DNA from: an uncultured Methanospirillum sp.
GTDB lineage: Archaea > Halobacteriota > Methanomicrobia > Methanomicrobiales > Methanospirillaceae
Assembly: GCA_964637135.1 (NCBI GenBank)
Contig: CAZWTX010000022.1
Coordinates: 1-43,411 of the forward strand
Length of the DNA: 43,411 nucleotides
Direction of reading: 5' to 3'
The notes below the pieces were generated by a model. The model saw only the letters and a program-made list of their open reading frames with translations. It was not told where the DNA came from and ran no database searches. How positions within the stretch are numbered: the stretch's first letter is position 1; each line of letters begins with the position of its first letter. Of the stretch, positions 18,493-28,935 are shown piece by piece. The translations under genes were made by a program, and so were the position numbers.

Positions 18493-19290
18493 TTAGTTCA
18501 CCGCCAGTGCCGCGTACCCGACGACCTGCCCCCAATCACCACTCGTCTCCCCTGACGTGGTGTATGAGAGCAGATCGCAGCGGGTCGCCCCACGTGTCCT
18601 GAGTGTCTCAATCATGGTACATATTGGTCCGTACCCGCAGGCGGTTATCCTGCGGGTGGTTATCCGCGAGTAAAATTCCTTTGTATCAAAGGAATCCGTG
18701 AGTGCCGATATCGCATATCCGTCGTCGCTGACTGCCTTCTCGTGAGGCACATAATGGGAGAAGTCGCTTGATGCCACGATCTTCACGTCTTCCCCGTATT
18801 CCCGTACAGCAGTGGACAGGGCCTGTGTCAGCCGGATTATCTCGCCGGTGGTCTGGTGTCCCATCATGACCGGCACAACCCGGGCACAGGGAAACCGGTA
18901 CCTGATGAAGGGCATCTGCACTTCAAGGGAGTTCTCGTTCCCAAAGTTCATCGCTGCCTCGTCTACCGGAAGACCGGTGAGAGCGGCAAGATCCGGATCT
19001 GCCCGTACCGGACCGATCGGTGTATCCCAGTCTGTTGCCGATACACAGGAGGCAAATCCCCTGTGACTGGGTCCGATCACGATAAATGTTCCCGAAAACC
19101 CGGGTTTTATGGCCCCGAATGCCTGTGAAGCTGTTGCCCCCGAGTAGACGTACCCCGCATGGGGAGAGACAATACCCATTGCATCTCCACCAGGCAGGAC
19201 AGTGCTGAAGAACACCTCCAGCATCACATTGAGCCGTGCCGGTTCTGCCGGATAGAATATTCCGGCCACGGTACCTGTTCTGATCTTCAT
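18493..19290 (-). CDS. MEMO1-family protein (AmmeMemoRadiSam protein B)
   Basis: VAG.FYP, PHAGYVYSG, GPSH, ASSDFSHY, CGYGP, VVGYAA; start 19290 or 19317. Confidence 0.9.
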   Translation of the reverse strand: MKIRTGTVAGIFYPAEPARLNVMLEVFFSTVLPGGDAMGIVSPHAGYVYSGATASQAFGAIKPGFSGTFIVIGPSHRGFASCVSATDWDTPIGPVRADPDLAALTGLPVDEAAMNFGNENSLEVQMPFIRYRFPCARVVPVMMGHQTTGEIIRLTQALSTAVREYGEDVKIVASSDFSHYVPHEKAVSDDGYAISALTDSFDTKEFYSRITTRRITACGYGPICTMIETLRTRGATRCDLLSYTTSGETSGDWGQVVGYAALAVN

Positions 19291-19362
19291 CGGTCCTTGA
19301 TCAACCTGCAGGTGCATCAGGATATCGGATGCCCTGCAGATATGAGAGAAGTTCCCGGATGA

Positions 19363-19971
19363 TCAGAGTTCGGTCTCGAAGTCTTCCGGGGTCAGGGAAG
19401 TGGTGTACCCCTTGTGCCGGAGGAACTCACGGGTCAGGAGGTAGTAGATCATCGAGAGCGCCTTGCGACCCTTGTTGTTGGTCGGCACGACAACATCGAC
19501 GAGACTCGTCATGTTGTTCGTGTCACAGAGCCCGACGACCGGGATGCTGACCTGAACTGCCTCGCGGATTGCCTGGGAGTCACTTACCGGATCGGTAACG
19601 ACGACGACATCGGGCTCCATGTATTTGGAGAGCAGAGGGTTTGTCAGGCTACCCGGGATGTACCGGCCGGTCTTTGAGATTGCACCGATAGACTCGGCAA
19701 ACCGTCTGGCCGGGTACTGTCCGTACTGGCGTGAGGTCACAATAAGGATCTTTGCCGGGTCAAACTGGGACAGGAACTTGGCAGCGATCTTGATCCGCTC
19801 GTCAGTCTCGCGGATGTCAAGGATATACAGGCCATCACCGCGGACGCGGTAGATGAAGTCCTTCATATCACTGCTCTTCTGCTGGGTTCCGATATGGACA
19901 CCGGCGGCAAGGTATTCTTCAACCGATACAAGTGGTTCGTTCAGTTCAATCTCCATTTCATTTCCGTTCAT
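19363..19971 (-). CDS. rps2: 30S ribosomal protein S2
   Basis: [35 protein letters not shown]. Confidence 0.96.
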   Translation of the reverse strand: MNGNEMEIELNEPLVSVEEYLAAGVHIGTQQKSSDMKDFIYRVRGDGLYILDIRETDERIKIAAKFLSQFDPAKILIVTSRQYGQYPARRFAESIGAISKTGRYIPGSLTNPLLSKYMEPDVVVVTDPVSDSQAIREAVQVSIPVVGLCDTNNMTSLVDVVVPTNNKGRKALSMIYYLLTREFLRHKGYTTSLTPEDFETEL

Positions 19972-21166
19972 GCATAATCTCCTCTATTCGAATCAGTTCA
20001 TTCAGTTTGGCTGTACGCTCCCCACCGACCACGCCGGTTTTAATAAAGACACAGCCGAAAGCACACCCGATATGGGCAATGGTTGAATCTTCAGTCTCAC
20101 CTGACCGGTGACTGATAACTGTCTCCATCCCGTGGGCATATGCCGTCCTGATGGCCTGGACGGTATCAGTCAGGGTTCCGATCTGGTTTGGTTTGATAAG
20201 CACGCAGTTTGCAGAACCATGTGCTGCCCCCTCTTCGATCCGTCCGGGATTGGTGACGAAGAGATCGTCTCCGCAGATCAGGGCCCGGTTACCGACTTCC
20301 TGGGTGAGATCGGCAAAGGTCTCGAAATCTTCTTCGTAGAGGGGATCTTCCACGTACACGAGCCCGAACTCGTCAATGAGATCGGCAATGTAACTTACCT
20401 GTTCTTCAGGTGCACGGGCAGTTCCGTCCCGGTAGCGGTATAACCCGGCCGGTTCATCATAGAACTGGCTTGCGGCGAGATCAATGCCCATGTTGATCTC
20501 AAACCCGGTCTCATCAGAGACGACCTGGACCGCTTCTGAGGCGATTTCAAATGCCTCCTGATCGGTGATCGCCGGGGCCCATGCCCCTTCGTCTCCCTTT
20601 CCGCAGGCATGTCCGCGATCACCGAGGATCTTTTTTATCCTTGCATGTACCTGGGCATTGGCAAAGACACCGGCTGCAACCGTCGGGGCCCCGGTCGGGA
20701 CGACCAGGAACTCCTGGATCTCGGTTGCATGGGAAGCATGTGCCCCCCCGCCAATGACATTGCCGAGCGGCAGCGGGATCGTATCTGCTCCGATTCCGCC
20801 AAGGTGTTGCCAGAGCGGTATGCCAAGGGATGCTGCTGCCGCCTTTGCATTTGCAAGGGAAAGGGCAACCGCAAGATTTGCACCGATCTGGGCGAAATTA
20901 CCGGTCCCGTCGATCTCCCTGAGCAGGGTATCAAACCGGCTCTGGGAACAGGCATCAAGACCGATAAGGTGTGGGACCACCTGTGCCGTGGCTTCACGGA
21001 CCGCGTCCCGTGCAGGCCTGACAGCCGCCTCGTGTAAACCGGTGCTCGCACCTCCCGGAGCAGCAGCCCGGCCGGATCCATATTCGGTCCTGACCTCTGC
21101 CTCAATCGTCTCCCTTCCCCGGGAGTCCAGGATGCATCTCAGCCCGATGGCACAGATGGTAGTCAT
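19958..21166 (-). CDS. eno: Enolase
   Basis: [41 protein letters not shown]. Confidence 0.95.
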   Translation of the reverse strand: MTTICAIGLRCILDSRGRETIEAEVRTEYGSGRAAAPGGASTGLHEAAVRPARDAVREATAQVVPHLIGLDACSQSRFDTLLREIDGTGNFAQIGANLAVALSLANAKAAAASLGIPLWQHLGGIGADTIPLPLGNVIGGGAHASHATEIQEFLVVPTGAPTVAAGVFANAQVHARIKKILGDRGHACGKGDEGAWAPAITDQEAFEIASEAVQVVSDETGFEINMGIDLAASQFYDEPAGLYRYRDGTARAPEEQVSYIADLIDEFGLVYVEDPLYEEDFETFADLTQEVGNRALICGDDLFVTNPGRIEEGAAHGSANCVLIKPNQIGTLTDTVQAIRTAYAHGMETVISHRSGETEDSTIAHIGCAFGCVFIKTGVVGGERTAKLNELIRIEEIMHERK

Positions 21167-21175
21167 ATCCGTCGT

Positions 21176-21343
21176 TTATCTCCGTTTGACCGTGATGGGG
21201 ATGACTCCGCGATCGAACTCCTCCATCGCAAGTTCAAGCGGATCAATGCTTGCACTTGAGATGAGAACCGGAGCACCCATTGAGATCTGGAGCGCACGGG
21301 CTCCGATGATCCGGGCCCTCTCATAGCGAGTATAGTTCTGCAT
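21176..21343 (-). CDS. rpoK: DNA-directed RNA polymerase subunit K (Rpo6); not in ORF track
   Basis: Manual translation [55 protein letters not shown] (55 aa); GAGGAG upstream. Confidence 0.95.
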   Translation of the reverse strand: MQNYTRYERARIIGARALQISMGAPVLISSASIDPLELAMEEFDRGVIPITVKRR

Positions 21344-21375
21344 GCGTCACTCCTCAAAAATTATCTGCACAAGAA

Positions 21376-21450
21376 TGGGGTCGCTGAGATTCGAACTCAG
21401 GTCAGAGCGTCCCGAACGCCCTAGGATGGTCCAGGCTACCCTACGACCCC
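21376..21450 (-). tRNA. tRNA-Pro (anticodon CGG)
   Basis: GGGGTCG/CGACCCC acceptor stem, anticodon arm GGGCG-TTCGGGA-CGCTC, T-loop TTCGAAT; no intron. Confidence 0.95.
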
Positions 21451-21639
21451 TCACTGATAAGGATTCAAATCATCAATAATCTCCTTGTGCGTGAGCAACA
21501 TACGCCGGCAACAGTACCGGTTCATACCGAGATCGTCGAGGATCCGTGCTGGATCCTCGCCCTCATCTCGACGGCGTTTATATTCCTCGTATGCAGTGGA
21601 GATTACCTTTCCGCAGGTGAAACAGCGAACCGGTATCAT
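21451..21639 (-). CDS. rpoN: DNA-directed RNA polymerase subunit N (Rpo10)
   Basis: [11 protein letters not shown] ... [11 protein letters not shown]. Confidence 0.97.
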   Translation of the reverse strand: MIPVRCFTCGKVISTAYEEYKRRRDEGEDPARILDDLGMNRYCCRRMLLTHKEIIDDLNPYQ

Positions 21640-21679
21640 TGAGTTGCACCACTAACGTATGCGTTCATTGTTATAAACT

Positions 21680-22081
21680 TCACCGGTATGACTTCTGGAA
21701 TTTCTTCCGTGCCCCACGTCCATGCGGCTTTTTGGCCTCTTTCTGACGTGAATCGTTGACGAGAAGAGTACGGTCGTACGTTGTGTATACGTCCTTAATC
21801 CTCGGGTCATTATGCCATTTTACAATGCCACGTGCAAGTGCGGTCCTGGCCGCATCTGCCTGCCCCATGATACCGCCACCGCGGACATTGATTGAAACAT
21901 CAACGCCCTCAAGGGCAGTCGGCATGAGATCGAGCGGTTCAAGGATCTTCATCCGTGCAAGCTCGGTTGAAAAGTAATCGAGCCGCATGGAGTTAACCCT
22001 GACGACACCCTTTCCCGGCCGGAGGGTTGCACGGGCGATCGCAGTCTTGCGTTTACCGCTGGTGTTGATAATTTTAGACAT
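21680..22081 (-). CDS. rps9: 30S ribosomal protein S9
   Basis: GKRKTAIARA, GGG..GQA.A, GARKKFQKSYR. Confidence 0.97.
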   Translation of the reverse strand: MSKIINTSGKRKTAIARATLRPGKGVVRVNSMRLDYFSTELARMKILEPLDLMPTALEGVDVSINVRGGGIMGQADAARTALARGIVKWHNDPRIKDVYTTYDRTLLVNDSRQKEAKKPHGRGARKKFQKSYR

Positions 22082-22091
22082 GCGTTATCCC

Positions 22092-22514
22092 CTAGTATTT
22101 TGCTCCAAGGAGCGTACTGATGGTTCCGAGCGTTACATAGGCCGGGCTGTTCAGCCGGTTCTTGTGAACCTCTGTGATCGTCTCAATCGGTGCCCCGGCA
22201 AGTTCCTCCGGGATGCCGACATAGACCTTAATCCGCTTCATGGCCTCGATTCCACGTTCCCGCTTGTACGGGACCATCCCGCGGATCGTTCTCTTCAGAA
22301 TATGATCAGGTCTGCGCGGGAAAAACGGGCCACCCTCACGGGAACCCCGCTCTCTCTTGTGTTGGTAGATACCAAAGACACGGGCACGGCTTCCGGAGAT
22401 CACTGCCTTCTCGGCGTTCACGATTGCGATCTCCTCACCGGCCAGAGCGCGTTTGGCGACAACACTCGAGAGCCTGCCAACCAGCAGACTGTCACCGTCG
22501 ATTACTGTTACCAT
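22092..22514 (-). CDS. rpl13: 50S ribosomal protein L13
   Basis: [31 protein letters not shown]. Confidence 0.96.
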   Translation of the reverse strand: MVTVIDGDSLLVGRLSSVVAKRALAGEEIAIVNAEKAVISGSRARVFGIYQHKRERGSREGGPFFPRRPDHILKRTIRGMVPYKRERGIEAMKRIKVYVGIPEELAGAPIETITEVHKNRLNSPAYVTLGTISTLLGAKY

Positions 22515-22524
22515 TGCTGTCTCC

Positions 22525-22890
22525 TCACCTCAGGATCCGTATCTGGCTCCCCTTCGGGTTCTTTGCCATCAGATCTTCGATACTCATGCACTGGCCCTTT
22601 GCCCCGGTAATTTTGCTCTCTGCAACTTCAGAGAAACTCAGGGCTGCGACGGTTACGGCGCTCTCAAGAGCACCGCTGCCGAGTACTTTGCCCGGTATGA
22701 TCAGGGTCTCCCCGTTCTTTGCATACCGGTTGATCTTGCTCACATTCACTTCTGCATAGTTATTCCGCGGTTTCTCAAGCCTGGATGCAATGTCCCTCCA
22801 GACCGGAACCTCCTGCTCATTGGAAGCCTTCTTCAGGAGCCTGATGAGCTCGTTGAGGCGCGGATTCGATTTATCGTTTCTGTTGCTCAT
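22525..22890 (-). CDS. rpl18e: 50S ribosomal protein L18e
   Basis: [30 protein letters not shown]. Confidence 0.95.
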   Translation of the reverse strand: MSNRNDKSNPRLNELIRLLKKASNEQEVPVWRDIASRLEKPRNNYAEVNVSKINRYAKNGETLIIPGKVLGSGALESAVTVAALSFSEVAESKITGAKGQCMSIEDLMAKNPKGSQIRILR

Positions 22891-22896
22891 AGTCCG

Positions 22897-23715
22897 TTAC
22901 CCCCTGATTTCGCTCAAGGCCTCGAGAAGTTCGTCTGATTGGGTTTTGAGGAACAGCAGCCCCTTTTCGATGATGGTATATGCCGGGATAGCCCCGGAAC
23001 CCTCAACGGTGAAGATAAACCGGTTTGTATCCATGTTCACATGGATTGCCGGATCCTCGCCGATGCCACTGTTCAGACATGCCTGCTCACAGAGCCGGCA
23101 AAGCGAACAATCCTTCTCCCCGTTCTCGATGACCGAGATTTTTCCGCCCTTCACCTCAAGGATGCTTTTCGGACAGATATCCACGCACATTGCGCAACCG
23201 TCACAGCGGTTGTCGGATGTGATGATCGGGTAGTTCTTGTACCCGCAGATCGTCGTTGCCTGCCACTTTGAATGCTCAACCCCGCGATTCATATACGCCT
23301 GGGCCTCGATCACAACCTTCTGGTTCTTCTCGAGTTTGACGATGGGGATGGCAGTCTCTGCCGGCTGAACTGACGGATCCTGGGATATGAGATCCTCTGA
23401 AAGGACGATCCTCGGGCCCTCAACGCTCATGGTGAGCGTTACGGTACAGCCCGGACATCCCTTGCCGTCACAGGAACACCTGCTCCGGGGAACAAATCCG
23501 GTCTCCGGAGTAGTAAGTGGAATTAATCCCAGACGGTGGGCAAGGATCTCATCGAAGAGTGCACTCGTATTATCATAGATTTTGACATCTTCAATGGCAA
23601 ATGCAGTCACTTCGCTGACCATGGCCCTGCGAAGGGCATTTGCAAACGCGATGTACGAGTCACTCAGGATAAATGACGCGGCGTTATCCTCAAGGCTGCT
23701 GAATTCGATCCTCAT
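22897..23715 (-). CDS. rpoD: DNA-directed RNA polymerase subunit D (Rpo3) with ferredoxin-like domain
   Basis: ANALRR, EILAHRLGLIPL, EHSKW; CDGCAMCVDICP and CSLCRLCEQAC motifs. Confidence 0.96.
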   Translation of the reverse strand: MRIEFSSLEDNAASFILSDSYIAFANALRRAMVSEVTAFAIEDVKIYDNTSALFDEILAHRLGLIPLTTPETGFVPRSRCSCDGKGCPGCTVTLTMSVEGPRIVLSEDLISQDPSVQPAETAIPIVKLEKNQKVVIEAQAYMNRGVEHSKWQATTICGYKNYPIITSDNRCDGCAMCVDICPKSILEVKGGKISVIENGEKDCSLCRLCEQACLNSGIGEDPAIHVNMDTNRFIFTVEGSGAIPAYTIIEKGLLFLKTQSDELLEALSEIRG

Positions 23716-24110
23716 CAGACCCGACGACCCCTCTTCCCGCCTTTCGCCCGTATCGAGTCGTGTGGCACCGGGGTAACATCCTCGATGAGCCCGATGCGGA
23801 TTCCTGCACGTGCAAGCGCACGGATAGCGGCCTGTGCGCCCGGACCCGGAGAACGCTGTTTCCCGCGGCCGGGTGCCCGGACCTTCACATGGAGACCGCT
23901 GAGACCCTTCTCCCTGACCGCCTGGGCGACATTGACTGCCATCTGCATGGCGGCATACGGAGAACTCTCGTTGCGTGCCTGCTTGACGACCATTCCACCA
24001 GAACTCTTGGTGATCGTCTCAGAGCCGGTCACATCAGTAACCGTGATGATAGTATTGTTGAAAGAGGCGTAGATGTGTGCAACACCCCATTTCTCTTTGG
24101 ATTCACTCAT
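23715..24110 (-). CDS. rps11: 30S ribosomal protein S11
   Basis: [35 protein letters not shown]. Confidence 0.97.
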   Translation of the reverse strand: MSESKEKWGVAHIYASFNNTIITVTDVTGSETITKSSGGMVVKQARNESSPYAAMQMAVNVAQAVREKGLSGLHVKVRAPGRGKQRSPGPGAQAAIRALARAGIRIGLIEDVTPVPHDSIRAKGGKRGRRV

Positions 24111-24658
24111 GCTTGCCGACCTACCTTGGCTATTCTCTGGCGCTCGGAGTGGATGTCACTGACCAGCGGGGATGCCCCGTAGTAACTGAGTGATTCCTGT
24201 TCCCGTGCATTGACCGTGTAGCCCGGGATCGTGATCTTGCGCCCGTTGAGGGCAATGTGACCATGAGTGATGAACTGCCGGGCCTGTTTCGGGGAACGGG
24301 CAAAGCCGCTGCGGTAGACGATCGTCTGGAGCCGGCGGTCAAGCTGCTGCTCAACACGGAGGGAAAGGACGTCGTCGATCGTGGCATGCTCACTGAGCAT
24401 CCCGACCCGCTGGAGAGAGCCGATAAGTTCCTCCCGCTTGCGATCGATCTTGGCCAGGTCTGCATTGGCAGACTGGAGTGCAATGATTTCACGGGCTGCC
24501 TTGCGGTAGCGGCGAAGGGCACTCTTTGCGATCCAGACCTCACGCTTGTTCCGAAGACCATACTCAATCACCAGACGGGTCTCTTCCTCGATACGGGAGA
24601 GCTCAAACGGCCGTTTGGGCGTCTGGTACTGTTTGTGGTTCTTTCCCGGATATCCCAT
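24107..24658 (-). CDS. rps4: 30S ribosomal protein S4
   Basis: [27 protein letters not shown]. Confidence 0.96.
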   Translation of the reverse strand: MGYPGKNHKQYQTPKRPFELSRIEEETRLVIEYGLRNKREVWIAKSALRRYRKAAREIIALQSANADLAKIDRKREELIGSLQRVGMLSEHATIDDVLSLRVEQQLDRRLQTIVYRSGFARSPKQARQFITHGHIALNGRKITIPGYTVNAREQESLSYYGASPLVSDIHSERQRIAKVGRQA

Positions 24659-24669
24659 TCAATCACCGT

Positions 24670-25125
24670 TCAGTCCTTCTTTCTCTTGACGCCGACGGTC
24701 GTGCCGGTTCTTCCGGTGGACTTGGTGCGCTGGCCGCGGACCTTCTGCCCCGTCTCGTGCCTTATGCCGCGGTAGCTCCGCATCTTTCTCATGCGGTTGA
24801 CGTCGTCGTCGTTCATCATGGTGAGGTCGGTCCCGAGGAGATGGCGTGCTTCGCCGGTGTAGATATCCTTCGGGCGGTTGGTCATCCAGACCGGGATGCG
24901 CCCGAGATATGAGCCTACAACCTCGCGAATCCGGTCAACGGAAGCTTCGTCCAGCTTCCCCATCAGTTCATGTTTGGGTACTGCCGCTTCCTCGGCGATG
25001 ATCTTGGCAGAATGCCTGCCAACACCCTTGATCCCGGTGAGCGCGATCAGCACTGGCCGGGTACCGTCGAGGTCGGTGTTTTGAACCCTGACAAAGTAAT
25101 TAATCTCTTGGTCTTCCTGAACCAT
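24670..25125 (-). CDS. rps13: 30S ribosomal protein S13
   Basis: [29 protein letters not shown]. Confidence 0.97.
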   Translation of the reverse strand: MVQEDQEINYFVRVQNTDLDGTRPVLIALTGIKGVGRHSAKIIAEEAAVPKHELMGKLDEASVDRIREVVGSYLGRIPVWMTNRPKDIYTGEARHLLGTDLTMMNDDDVNRMRKMRSYRGIRHETGQKVRGQRTKSTGRTGTTVGVKRKKD

Positions 25126-25161
25126 GCAATACCTCTTACCTGAGAATTGCCTGCGCGTAAG

Positions 25162-25245
25162 CGTTGAGGGAGGGATTTGAACCCCCGAGTCCCAAGGGAC
25201 ACAGGGTTAGCAACCCTGCGCCATACCTGGCTTGGCTACCTCAAC
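25162..25245 (-). tRNA. tRNA-Ser (anticodon GCT)
   Basis: GTTGAGG/CCTCAAC acceptor stem, anticodon arm CAGGG-TTGCTAA-CCCTG, long variable arm GTCCC/GGGAC, G discriminator. Confidence 0.95.
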
Positions 25246-25327
25246 ATACAAACTCGCATCTTTTCAGACACTCGCAACAGATGACTGCTGCTACAGGAAT
25301 TGTGCTTACTTATGTGGTCCTGACCGG

Positions 25328-25335
25328 AATATAAG
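25328..25335 (-). promoter_or_regulatory. TATA-like element upstream of tRNA-Ser/S13 operon
   Basis: Minus-strand CTTATATT just past the dys stop codon. Confidence 0.35.
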
Positions 25336-25337
25336 AG

Positions 25338-26342
25338 TTATGATTTTCCGGCCGTTCCGGGGACCAGATCGGTGAGCCGGGGCGGAGACTGCCTGACTCT
25401 CCCCGAGGCGATCAAAGCCGATGTAACAAGGGGGAGGGCAATCGTGGCATCACAGAAGCACTGGGCGGTGGTGCAGGTTACCGATTCTTTTCCCCAGGAT
25501 ATTGCTTCCTCGAAGGTACACCCGGAAAGACCGCCAAAGTGCGGTGTATCGGTCGTGTACTGGATCGCATAGGCATGGCCTTCAGCCCGGTTCTCATGGA
25601 TGGACGCAATAACCTGGGTCTGCTGAATGAAATTTTTCGGAACCCCCCCGCCGATGTAGACGACACCGGATCTGCTTCTCGCTTCAACTATCCGGGTGAT
25701 CTCATCGGCATCGGCTACCTGGTCAACAAAGATCCGGATACCGCTGCGCCGTGCCATCACGAGCCCGATCCCGATTGAAGAATCACACAATGCTGGAATA
25801 AAGATGGGAACGCCCTCTTTTACTGCGATCGCGAGAAGGGACTGTCCCTGAGGATACTTCTCCATCAGCCATGTCCCGAGCATCCTGATGAATGTCGCGG
25901 ATGAACCGGAAAAGTCCGGATGTTCTGCGGCAAACGCAGCGATTATCGCATCAACACCCCTGAACTCCTGTTCATAGGCAAAAACATCGTAAATCCGATC
26001 AATCCCCCGGTCAAAGAGGTCGGCATCATCAACATGGTGATGCCCGATGTAGTGGTGCACCCCGCAGTGCTCGCAGATATCGTGGAAGATGTTCGCCCCG
26101 GTTGAAACGATAACGTCCACGTACCGGCGTTTTACCAGTTCAATGAGACATTGCTGCATCCCTGCCGGAACCATGGCACCCGAAAGCCCGAGAAGGATGA
26201 CCAGGTCATCTTCGCTGAGCATGGAAGACCAGACCTGGAACGATTCTCCAAGTTTTCGTCCCTGAAACCCGGTTTTACTCATCCCATCAAGGAGCTCATC
26301 GATCCGGAGGGTCGGCCGGACTGGTTCTGTAGGATGCATCAT
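25338..26342 (-). CDS. dys: Deoxyhypusine synthase
   Basis: GFQG, STGAN..HD, DRIYDV, GGGVPKN, GGLSG..EAISWGK (catalytic Lys); start 26342/26339 or GTG 26357. Confidence 0.9.
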   Translation of the reverse strand: MMHPTEPVRPTLRIDELLDGMSKTGFQGRKLGESFQVWSSMLSEDDLVILLGLSGAMVPAGMQQCLIELVKRRYVDVIVSTGANIFHDICEHCGVHHYIGHHHVDDADLFDRGIDRIYDVFAYEQEFRGVDAIIAAFAAEHPDFSGSSATFIRMLGTWLMEKYPQGQSLLAIAVKEGVPIFIPALCDSSIGIGLVMARRSGIRIFVDQVADADEITRIVEARSRSGVVYIGGGVPKNFIQQTQVIASIHENRAEGHAYAIQYTTDTPHFGGLSGCTFEEAISWGKESVTCTTAQCFCDATIALPLVTSALIASGRVRQSPPRLTDLVPGTAGKS

Positions 26343-26388
26343 CCCTGTAGATCTCACCTTCCGGGAATAAATGCCCTGATAAAAAAGG

Positions 26389-27168
26389 TTAAAGGGCCTG
26401 GATCAGGGAGTGCCGGGTGACCATTCCGAGGACTTTTCCGCCATCAGTCACCGGTACACCGCTGATCTTCTTCTGTTGCATCAGGGAGATGACATCGCTC
26501 ACTGATGCCGACTTCGTAACGCTCAGCACAGACGGGGTCATGATATCCTTGATCAGGATATTGCGAATCTGGTGTTCCTGGTGACGGTCATCGACCACTT
26601 CACGGAACTTCGTGACGGCGATGGCTACATCGGTTTCAGAGACGATACCTGCCATCTTCCCGTCATTCATAACCACGAACCGGGAGATGTTCTCATCCAT
26701 CATCCTGCGGCGGAGATGAACAAGACGTTCTCCGGCGTCAATGCTGGACAACGACTCCATGACCTGCACAGCGCCTCCTTCAGGCTGGATCTTCGAAAGG
26801 AGATCGCCATACGTCACCTGGCCGACAAGTTTGTTGTCGGTGTTGTAGACCACTGCCATTTTCGCTTCGTTCTGGAGCAGCGGGATCAGGACATCTAGTT
26901 CCTGGTCTTCGTATACCATGGTGAACTTGGTATCAATCGTATTGGAGACGTGTATGGCCGTCGGGGCAACCTCTGAACTGTGTCTGGCTCCCATCTTCTC
27001 GGCAATCTTGAACCGGGAGACGGTACCAACCACCTCGTCGTTGTGTAACACGATCAAAGGGTCAATCCCGACGTCAAGCATCTTGTCAAGAGCATCAGTA
27101 ACCGGTGCAGATTTTGCGATCGTGACCGGCTTTGACATGACGTCACGTACTAGTATCGTATTGGTCAT
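26389..27168 (-). CDS. Stand-alone CBS-domain protein (two Bateman pairs)
   Basis: VRDVMS, GIVSETD, IKDIMT, ISGVPV, GMVTR. Confidence 0.88.
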   Translation of the reverse strand: MTNTILVRDVMSKPVTIAKSAPVTDALDKMLDVGIDPLIVLHNDEVVGTVSRFKIAEKMGARHSSEVAPTAIHVSNTIDTKFTMVYEDQELDVLIPLLQNEAKMAVVYNTDNKLVGQVTYGDLLSKIQPEGGAVQVMESLSSIDAGERLVHLRRRMMDENISRFVVMNDGKMAGIVSETDVAIAVTKFREVVDDRHQEHQIRNILIKDIMTPSVLSVTKSASVSDVISLMQQKKISGVPVTDGGKVLGMVTRHSLIQAL

Positions 27169-27926
27169 AGAACCACTTCCCGAATTATATCATCTCTGGT
27201 AATTATTCCTTTTATCTCACGCTCATCTGTGATAACAACGCTTGTTATGCGTTTTTCACGAATCTGGATCAATACATCTCTGACATGCGCATCCCTCCCG
27301 AGGGTTATGACCGGCCTTCGCATCAGGTCTGCAGCACAGGCCGGTTCTGACATATCTACCCGTTCCTCATAGAATGCAAGGTCGCTCTCGGATATGATCC
27401 CGATCGGCAGCGCAGCCTGGTCAGCCACGACCACCTTGCCACATCCGGTCCGGATCAGGTCGATCACACTGTCAAGTGACTCTTCCCCGGTGATAACCGG
27501 AACCGGTCCGACCAGGGAGAGGACATCACGATCGAGCAGGCTGACCACATCTGACCGGATAAGGTCCGATTTCGTGATGATTCCGAGTACACGACCCTGA
27601 TCCATCACCGGGAATCCTGAAACACCATGCGTATGCATCAGGAACATGGCATCCCTGACACCGGCATCGGGAGAGATCCATACGGCATCCTCCGTCATCA
27701 CCGAGGAGACTGCCTCCCCGTCAGGTACCCGTCGTTTCCAGAGCGGCCCGGATCGTTCATGGAGAAACCCGATATCCCGGCGGGTAACGATACCGGCCAG
27801 ATTCCCCTGTTCCATGACTAACAGCCGGGAGATCCGGTGCCTGAGCATCAGGTTTCTCGCACTCGCAACCGGATCCTGCGGCCTGACCGCATACACCGGT
27901 GAGCTCATCAGGTCAGATACGAGCAT
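27165..27926 (-). CDS. Stand-alone CBS-domain protein (two Bateman pairs)
   Basis: VSDLMS, ISRLLV, GIVTRRD, GIITKSD, GIISESD, GIITRDD; start re-assigned to ATG 27926 after GGCGGTGA. Confidence 0.88.
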   Translation of the reverse strand: MLVSDLMSSPVYAVRPQDPVASARNLMLRHRISRLLVMEQGNLAGIVTRRDIGFLHERSGPLWKRRVPDGEAVSSVMTEDAVWISPDAGVRDAMFLMHTHGVSGFPVMDQGRVLGIITKSDLIRSDVVSLLDRDVLSLVGPVPVITGEESLDSVIDLIRTGCGKVVVADQAALPIGIISESDLAFYEERVDMSEPACAADLMRRPVITLGRDAHVRDVLIQIREKRITSVVITDEREIKGIITRDDIIREVVL

Positions 27927-27930
27927 TCGT

Positions 27931-28806
27931 TCACCGCCGATCGTTCTGTTCTTCAGCAAGGGCCCGTACTAGATCAAACTCGGTGACCAGGCCGACCATC
28001 TGGCTGTTCTCGATGACAGGAAGGGCTCCGACCTTCTTCGTGATCATGATCCGTGCCGCGTCGGTGACGGTTGCAGACGGCTCAGTCGTGAAGAGATTAC
28101 CACTGATGAGATCCCGCACCGGTACATCCATCACCTCCTGTACATCACCGGTGATCAGTTTCTCAAAGACCTTACCTGAACCGATGTACCGGACAATGTC
28201 TGTTGCGGTGATGATCCCGAAGAGGACATCATTCATGACAATCGGAAGTCTCCTGAACTTGTGACTGGTCATCACCTTCGTGATCTCAGACATGGGGGCA
28301 TCAGGACGGCCCACGAGGAGCGATTTCGTCATGATATCGCTGACCCTGATGGATGAATAAATCCTGCAGAGTACTTTGAGGACATCCCGCTCGGTGACGA
28401 TACCGCAGAGCACACCATCATTATTTACTATCGGGATCCCGCCGATACGATCGCTCAGGATTATCCCGAGAGCGTCTGATATGAGCGATTCAGGAAAGAG
28501 CGTTCTCACCTCGCTCTTCATGATCTTGCTGACGCTCTCGTTTATTGCAGCAAGAAAGTTTCCGTCATGCTTGACATTGATCAGGTTGAACTTCTCGCCA
28601 CCCCCGAGGAAATCTACCACGTCACGTGCAGTAAGGATTCCCTTCAGCCGGTGGGTGCCCGGATCAACGATGGGGAGTCTTCTGACCCTCCATTGCGTGA
28701 GCGTCTCGATCGCCCCGTATATTCGCATGGTCTGGGGTGCTGATATTACCTTATGAGTTCCTATTGAGAAGACGGTGCCATTATCGTTGTCTTTCTTTGC
28801 GTTCAT
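27931..28806 (-). CDS. Stand-alone CBS-domain protein (two Bateman pairs)
   Basis: RRLPIV, GILTARD, GIVTERD, GIITATD, GLVTEFD. Confidence 0.9.
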   Translation of the reverse strand: MNAKKDNDNGTVFSIGTHKVISAPQTMRIYGAIETLTQWRVRRLPIVDPGTHRLKGILTARDVVDFLGGGEKFNLINVKHDGNFLAAINESVSKIMKSEVRTLFPESLISDALGIILSDRIGGIPIVNNDGVLCGIVTERDVLKVLCRIYSSIRVSDIMTKSLLVGRPDAPMSEITKVMTSHKFRRLPIVMNDVLFGIITATDIVRYIGSGKVFEKLITGDVQEVMDVPVRDLISGNLFTTEPSATVTDAARIMITKKVGALPVIENSQMVGLVTEFDLVRALAEEQNDRR

Positions 28807-28935
28807 GCTATCATCCGGATAATCGGATCCGGATATACCGGTTTTTCTCCGATCATGCCGCTTGTTGCGGCAGCGGAGACTTCAGAATAGTCATCTGTGA
28901 AAAGGCGGATGGGGAACTGACCGGATGGAGAGGGT

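Noticed and set aside
19958..21166. Enolase has PGGASTG instead of PSGASTG
   Set aside because: The metal-binding Ser of GAST and the other catalytic motifs are retained; no sign of inactivation
21163..21357. 64-aa ORF-track call between rpoN and eno
   Set aside because: Wrong frame; the real gene is rpoK at 21176-21343
28807..28935. ATCCGGAT pair and TGCCGC/GCGGCA hairpin between CBS genes; possible N-terminal extension of the downstream CBS gene
   Set aside because: Short stems expected by chance; the upstream frame hits TGA at 28882-28884 without a start codon
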